Program-made: the position numbers and the translations under genes
In this document: one piece after another, positions 16,520-21,115 of the stretch
How positions within the stretch are numbered: position 1 is the stretch's first letter
Layout: every line of letters starts with the position of its first letter
The notes under the pieces: model-generated
Told to the model about the DNA's origin: nothing
Databases searched by the model: none
What the model saw: the letters and a program-made list of their open reading frames with translations, nothing else
Assembly: GCA_946500425.1 (NCBI GenBank)
Contig: CAMMVQ010000021.1
Span: forward strand, 1 to 21,115
DNA from: an uncultured Mollicutes bacterium
GTDB taxonomy: Bacteria > Bacillota_I > Bacilli_A > RF39 > UBA660
Length of the DNA stretch: 21,115 bases
Direction: 5' to 3'

Positions 16520-17141
16520 CTAGTAAACCCCAATTATCATAAAAGCATAATAAGATATAGGAAGTTTTACTTTATTTATAAAGTCCATATCTCTTTTAAG
16601 TAATATATCTTCAGTAGTGAAGTTTAATTGTTCTGCTTGTGAGCTTTTTAATAATTTAGAATTAATCATTTCCATTTGATTTTCTATTATTTTAGATTCT
16701 TGTTTAAATTCTTCTTCAGTAAATAATTCATCAATATATGCTTTTCTAATTCTCTCTTTTTTATTATTTAATTTCTTTAATTCTTTTTCTAATTGTTCTT
16801 TAGGATTATCTACTTTTGATTTTAAAACCGGCAAAAAGAATTCATTAACGACATTATCGTATTCTAATATATCATAAAGTAAAGTTTTAATTTTTTCTTC
16901 GTTTTTCATAAATATCAAATTCTTTTATCAAAAAAGAGGAGACAAAAGTACTTACAAGTAATACCATATTATCTTTTTTTACAATAATTCTATGTGGTTC
17001 TTCTATACTGATATTGGTATTATTAATTTTAATAAGATGTCCCGGTAAAAAATTGATTTTTAAGTTTCCTGTACTAATTTTCATTTTAATTTTGTCTTTA
17101 ATTTCACAGGGAAAAGATAGTTTTGTTATGACTGTTTTCAT
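16520..17141 (-). pseudogene. Probable C-terminal remnant of a large serine recombinase (degenerate zinc-ribbon and coiled-coil region), frameshifted
   Basis: ORF 16520..16918 has the coiled-coil pattern ..LEKELKKLNNKKERIRKAYIDELFTEEEFKQESKIIENQMEMINSKL.., typical of large serine recombinase C-termini. ORF 16887..17141 (..PCEIKDKIKMKISTG..NISIEEPHRIIV..) fits a decayed zinc-ribbon segment. Deleting one A from the A5 run (plus T5 16902-16906) fuses the two ORFs (..DIYENEEKIKTLL..). No resolvase catalytic domain is present. Confidence 0.4.
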
Positions 17142-17166
17142 AAATATTCATCCCTCCTTTGAGCAT

Positions 17167-17199
17167 GAAAAAAGTCCATAGCATCAAATACTATGAACT
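17167..17199 (-). terminator. Rho-independent terminator about 125 nt downstream of the STAND gene
   Basis: The minus strand reads AGTTCATAG tatttgatg CTATGGACT TTTTTc. The 9-bp stem has one G:U pair, which would be a C:A mismatch on the plus strand. Confidence 0.6.
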
Positions 17200-17323
17200 T
17201 TTCTTTATATAGAAATCGCCAAATGTGCGACTTTCAACTTCAATGGAGCGAATCACATACAAGTTACGAACTATGTTCTCTTTCTAAAAGTTATTATAAA
17301 TCTAATTATATTTTTTATCAATA

Positions 17324-20300
17324 TTAATTGTAAAAATCGTCTAAATATTCCTTAATTTTTGTCTTCTTGATATCTTCTTTATACCAATCTATTATAGAGT
17401 TTATATAATCAATGTGAAAAATATAGTTTATATCACTTTTAATTAAAATTTTATTTTTTAAACTTTCTAAAAATTCAATTTTATTTTCGATCAATGGTAT
17501 TCTACTATTACTCCATGATTCAGAACGTGAGAAAAAATTAATAGTTTTAAATATTTCTATATCATTATTTAATTCTAACAAATACAATATTAATTCTTCT
17601 TTTGTTTTTTTATCTCTTTCGCATATTATATAAAAAACAGTTTTAATTTTTTCTTTATCCTTATTATTAAATTTAATATATTCTTTTAACCATTTATTTT
17701 GTATTTTTTTGATATTATCGTCAGAGTAATTGAATAAATTATGTAAATCAAAATAACCAAAATTTGAATCTAAGATTTCGTTATATATTTTTGTGATTAA
17801 AGCATTTGAATTATTATCATTCCATACATTTTTAATAATTTCATGTATATTACCATTATGATTAAATCCTTTATTTTTGAGAATTTGTCTAAAAAATATA
17901 TAATTGTTTTTAACTAGTAAAAATCCCATATATCCATTATGATCAACAAAACTATTTACAATTTTCAAGTATAATTGTTCTAATATATCCTTATTATTAA
18001 ATGCATTATATATTTTTTTTATTTCTTCAAAGTTATCTGTTAGATTGTTGGTATAACTTACTATTAGGCTAAATTCATCTAAATTAAGTATTTCTTTTGT
18101 ATAATTTTCAACTATAGAAGAATCATATATCGAATAATTTACAATTGTTGATAAATTTAGTGTATATTTATCTTCCATATCCTGCTGTTCTTTTAAAAAA
18201 CATTTAACGTTATTCAGGTATTTTTCATCTACTAATGAATTAAAAAAGAAGCTTAAAAAGAAATATTTTGAATTACTATTACTTTTAACTAATAAATTAA
18301 TGATTTCATCTTTATTATCTATTGAGAGTAAATAATTTGGGTATGAATTGAATGGACAATCATAATTTAAATAGTATGCAAAAACTTCTCTAAATATATC
18401 AACTTTATTTTTAATAATATATTTAAATAACAGTGTAATTGAATTTTTAATTTTCCAATCATCTACTTTAACTTTATCATTCTCTACTTTTTTTAAAATT
18501 TTAAAAAAATATTTATAATCCATTGATGATGCTTTTACTAAAAGTTCGTTTAACTCGTGATTTTCTTTATCATAATCATACTTTTCAAAAATTCTTAATG
18601 TGCTATATTCTTTATTTTTTTTATAATTGTTTATTGATTCTGTAACAGAAATATCTCTTTGTTTACACATCTTTTCAATAAAATCTAACACCTTACATTG
18701 AGAAATATTAGGTTTTTTCCATTTGCAGAATAGTTCCTTTTCTAATATTTGAAAATCATTTTTTATGATATCAACTTGTTCATCTTTATGAGGCCATATA
18801 GAATAATCCATTAATAAGCTTATATAATTATGGTCATCTATGTATATTTTTATAAATACATCAAATAAGAATTTTCTAAACTGAAATAAATTTTTACAAG
18901 GTTGTAAAGTGATTGTTATAAGATTTAATGTCCTAAAATTTTTACCTTGTTCACTTATATGAAATTCTGTTTCTAAACAATATTTTAATGATTTTATTAA
19001 TATTAGTTTTAATATACTATTATATTTATTCTTTTCGTTATATATATCAAACAATATTGAAATAATACTTGTTTCAAGTTTGAAATTTTGATTTTTATCT
19101 TTCATCAACCAAGAATCTTTTATACTTTTGCATATTTCATTATATAAATCGGGTCTTTTCATTAAATATGAAATTAGTAACTTAAATGCTATTTCGGAAT
19201 AATCAGAATTCTTGATGTCTGCTAATATCTCAAGTATTTCGTCATTAATATAAACATTATCATTATAGTGTATTTCTTGTGGAATACTTGCTTGTTTCTC
19301 TGATTTTATTTTACTATCTATAATAGTTAATGTTTTTGGAATATTTATGTTGTGAAATAGCTTAAAAAACAAATCATCATTTTTATAATCATCTTTTTCC
19401 CAAACAGTATTTATTTCACTTGTTACATACTCTAATTCATCAAAGCTGTAAAACAAATCATTTATCATATTAATAGCATTTATAAATTTTCTTATAAAGT
19501 TTGGATATATTTGTATTAACAAATCAGAAATTTTTATTTCTTTCATTTCTATTAAATATTTATATATTATATAATTTGCAAAATTTTGATCACTAATTTT
19601 TATTGCTTCATTATTATAAAATTCTATTAATTCTAAATATCTTAAATTTTTAAATTCTTCAATGTCATATATTTCAATGTTTTTTAATGTATCTTTTATT
19701 TCTTGATTTTCAATACTGAAAGGAGAAAAAAGAGAAATATAAAATAATATTTTTATTTGAAAAGTTGAAAGTTTATTTTCTTCTATAATTCTATCATAGT
19801 AACTTTTAAATACATCTAATATATTGTTTAAATATTTTATTTTCCCGTCTAATATTGATTGTGAAGCCATTACAGCAATTCTAGGATTACCATTTGAAAT
19901 TTTTAATATTTGTTGTTGTACTTTTTTGTTTTTAATATTAAAAGATTTTTCAAGTATTTTTATAATATCGCTATCTTCCATTTTATTCAATGTATAAACT
20001 TTTGGAATTATATTATTATTATTTAATTTACTTAAAATTTCATTCAAAAGGTAGTCTCTTATTGTAGCTACAACTTTTATGTTTTTATTTTTATTAGTAA
20101 TTATGCAATCAATAAAACTTTTAAGTTGATGTAAATTATTAATATCATCTATAAATATTAAATAATTTTTATTATTCTCTAATGCTGTTTTGATATCATC
20201 ATATATATCTTTCCCGTTTGGTCTAATACATAAGCAGCATAAGTCTTCTTTATTTTCCAAATACTTACATATTTCAATTGCAATTTTAGTTTTACCTATT

Positions 20301-20935
20301 CCAGCTTTACCTGTAAGTAATAATAGTGTTTCGGTATCATTAATGTTATTAATAATCTCTTTTTTTTCTTTTCTTTCAATATATTCTAAAGATAATGGAG
20401 AATTAACAGAAAATTTGTCATATCTTTTTATAAAATCTTCTATATCACTTATTTGATTAGTATCAATAGGTATTTGTAAATGATCATTTGCTATACTTTG
20501 ATAATTTTCACAAATATCGTGAGCCATTGAATCTATATCAATCAGTTCTATATTTATATCATTATATAACGTTTTTAATCTATTATAATCTCCAGGCTTT
20601 ATGTTCGTATTTGTATGAAAGCAAATAATTTCTTTAATCTTATCTGATGATATTCCTGTTTTATTTTTAGAATAAGCTTCTTTAATATCCTTTTCTAATT
20701 TAGATATAGATTGTTTTTCTACAGTTCCATACATAAGTAAAGAATATGTGCCATCTTCATTAATATTATATGAATCTGGGATTCCCTTAGTTGTTTTATT
20801 TGTTCCTTCTTTGCTACCTATATCGTGTATATTTTTATAATTTTTTTTCTTTATAATGTAATCGGCACAAAATCTTTGATATTCTCCAGGACCTAGTCCT
20901 AAAATACTTTGCTGTATTTTTAAAAATTTAGACAT
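17324..20935 (-). CDS. Large STAND/NB-ARC-like P-loop NTPase with an unassigned N-terminal domain and a long helical C-terminal region (Avs-like antiphage candidate)
   Basis: 1203 aa. Walker A is LLLLTGKAGIGKTK (GKAGIGKT maps to 20288..20311, checked against the DNA). Walker B is NYLIFIDD (20144..20161). These are followed by KVVATIRD and a GxP-like ISNGNPRIAV. The N-terminal roughly 160 aa has GEYQRFCADYII..KGIPDSY..SLLMYGTVEK. About 800 aa of Asn/Lys/Ile-rich helical sequence follows the NTPase. A strong RBS AGGAGG lies upstream. Confidence 0.75.
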   Translation of the reverse strand: MSKFLKIQQSILGLGPGEYQRFCADYIIKKKNYKNIHDIGSKEGTNKTTKGIPDSYNINEDGTYSLLMYGTVEKQSISKLEKDIKEAYSKNKTGISSDKIKEIICFHTNTNIKPGDYNRLKTLYNDINIELIDIDSMAHDICENYQSIANDHLQIPIDTNQISDIEDFIKRYDKFSVNSPLSLEYIERKEKKEIINNINDTETLLLLTGKAGIGKTKIAIEICKYLENKEDLCCLCIRPNGKDIYDDIKTALENNKNYLIFIDDINNLHQLKSFIDCIITNKNKNIKVVATIRDYLLNEILSKLNNNNIIPKVYTLNKMEDSDIIKILEKSFNIKNKKVQQQILKISNGNPRIAVMASQSILDGKIKYLNNILDVFKSYYDRIIEENKLSTFQIKILFYISLFSPFSIENQEIKDTLKNIEIYDIEEFKNLRYLELIEFYNNEAIKISDQNFANYIIYKYLIEMKEIKISDLLIQIYPNFIRKFINAINMINDLFYSFDELEYVTSEINTVWEKDDYKNDDLFFKLFHNINIPKTLTIIDSKIKSEKQASIPQEIHYNDNVYINDEILEILADIKNSDYSEIAFKLLISYLMKRPDLYNEICKSIKDSWLMKDKNQNFKLETSIISILFDIYNEKNKYNSILKLILIKSLKYCLETEFHISEQGKNFRTLNLITITLQPCKNLFQFRKFLFDVFIKIYIDDHNYISLLMDYSIWPHKDEQVDIIKNDFQILEKELFCKWKKPNISQCKVLDFIEKMCKQRDISVTESINNYKKNKEYSTLRIFEKYDYDKENHELNELLVKASSMDYKYFFKILKKVENDKVKVDDWKIKNSITLLFKYIIKNKVDIFREVFAYYLNYDCPFNSYPNYLLSIDNKDEIINLLVKSNSNSKYFFLSFFFNSLVDEKYLNNVKCFLKEQQDMEDKYTLNLSTIVNYSIYDSSIVENYTKEILNLDEFSLIVSYTNNLTDNFEEIKKIYNAFNNKDILEQLYLKIVNSFVDHNGYMGFLLVKNNYIFFRQILKNKGFNHNGNIHEIIKNVWNDNNSNALITKIYNEILDSNFGYFDLHNLFNYSDDNIKKIQNKWLKEYIKFNNKDKEKIKTVFYIICERDKKTKEELILYLLELNNDIEIFKTINFFSRSESWSNSRIPLIENKIEFLESLKNKILIKSDINYIFHIDYINSIIDWYKEDIKKTKIKEYLDDFYN

Positions 20936-20971
20936 ATTTAACCTCCTTTCTTTTCTTTTTAATGTATCTTT

Positions 20972-21115
20972 TTAAAAAATATTACTTAATAACATCCAAT
21001 TATCATTTTCCATATCTTCTGTATATTCTGTATTACATAAATATAATGAATCATTCTTATCGTAATCTCTAACAAATCCCCAATTTACATTATACTTTTT
21101 AGCATATTCTTTTAA
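20972..21115 (-). CDS. Hypothetical protein, C-terminal 47 aa only (5' end beyond window). It lies 36 nt upstream of the STAND gene.
   Basis: Own translation of the minus strand from the window edge gives LKEYAKKYNVNWGFVRDYDKNDSLYLCNTEYTEDMENDNWMLLSNIF, with stop TAA at 20972-20974. It shares strand and composition with the STAND gene, and I saw no terminator between them. Confidence 0.45.
   Translation of the reverse strand, partial: LKEYAKKYNVNWGFVRDYDKNDSLYLCNTEYTEDMENDNWMLLSNIF

Noticed and set aside
16887-17141. The 84-aa ORF with a strong RBS (AAAGGAGGG 8 nt upstream) could be an independent functional small gene, possibly linked to the STAND gene or the retron.
   Set aside because: It overlaps the next ORF out of frame. 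A single-base change in an A5 run fuses the two into a sequence resembling a recombinase C-terminus, so I treat it as part of a pseudogene. The good RBS means this rejection is not firm.
231-20456. Many 60-100-aa track ORFs lie antisense to or inside larger genes: 231..416, 993..1274, 2886..3089, 3268..3501, 3885..4181, 4340..4543, 5001..5195, 5570..5764, 5801..6007, 6131..6361, 6561..6866, 9528..9731, 12180..12383, 12408..12605, 12511..12792, 12931..13233, 20190..20456.
   Set aside because: Each is fully overlapped by a longer ORF on the opposite strand that has clear family motifs. Their translations are low-complexity (Leu/Phe/Ser/Ile-rich), as expected from antisense reading of AT-rich genes, and I saw no RBS for them.
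1-21115. I looked for CRISPR arrays, tRNA or rRNA genes, IS elements with terminal inverted repeats, and long tandem repeats.
   Set aside because: I found no regularly spaced direct repeats, no tRNA-like GTTCGAATC/T-loop context, no transposase-like ORF and no long tandem repeat. This was a by-eye scan only and should be confirmed with tRNAscan-SE, CRISPR detectors and ISfinder.

Overview
This is an AT-rich segment from a low-GC, endospore-forming Firmicute, judged by eye. All calls rest on my reading of the sequence and the ORF track; no searches were run.

The left third looks like core chromosome:
- a frameshifted secreted-protein gene running off the left edge
- recG
- a gerA-family germinant receptor operon in A-C-B order
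- a leaderless Cu/Zn superoxide dismutase

The middle (8.7-14.2 kb) is a run of minus-strand accessory genes:
- flavin reductase
- ABM-nitroreductase fusion
- MmcQ/YjbR
- DUF3781
- alpha/beta hydrolase
- VanZ-like protein
- membrane-anchored cyclophilin-like protein

The right third is the most interesting part.
- A compact retron lies at 14.2-15.4 kb: msr-msd ncRNA plus a 319-aa retron-type reverse transcriptase. It is closed by its own terminator and has no recognisable effector gene beside it.
- A decayed leuA-like pseudogene abuts a frameshifted C-terminal remnant of a large serine recombinase, which looks like an island junction.
- A very AT-rich 1203-aa STAND/NB-ARC-like NTPase has an unassigned N-terminal domain and about 800 aa of unassigned C-terminal helical sequence (Avs-like antiphage candidate). 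It appears co-transcribed with an unknown upstream gene that runs off the right edge.

Smaller signals:
- a type I toxin-antitoxin-like module between the secreted-protein gene and recG, pairing a 29-aa hydrophobic peptide with a convergent promoter-to-terminator transcript
- a G8 tract inside the promoter spacer of the frameshifted surface-protein gene
- a roughly 100-nt promoter-to-terminator transcript between recG and the ger operon

I saw no rRNA, tRNA or CRISPR array.
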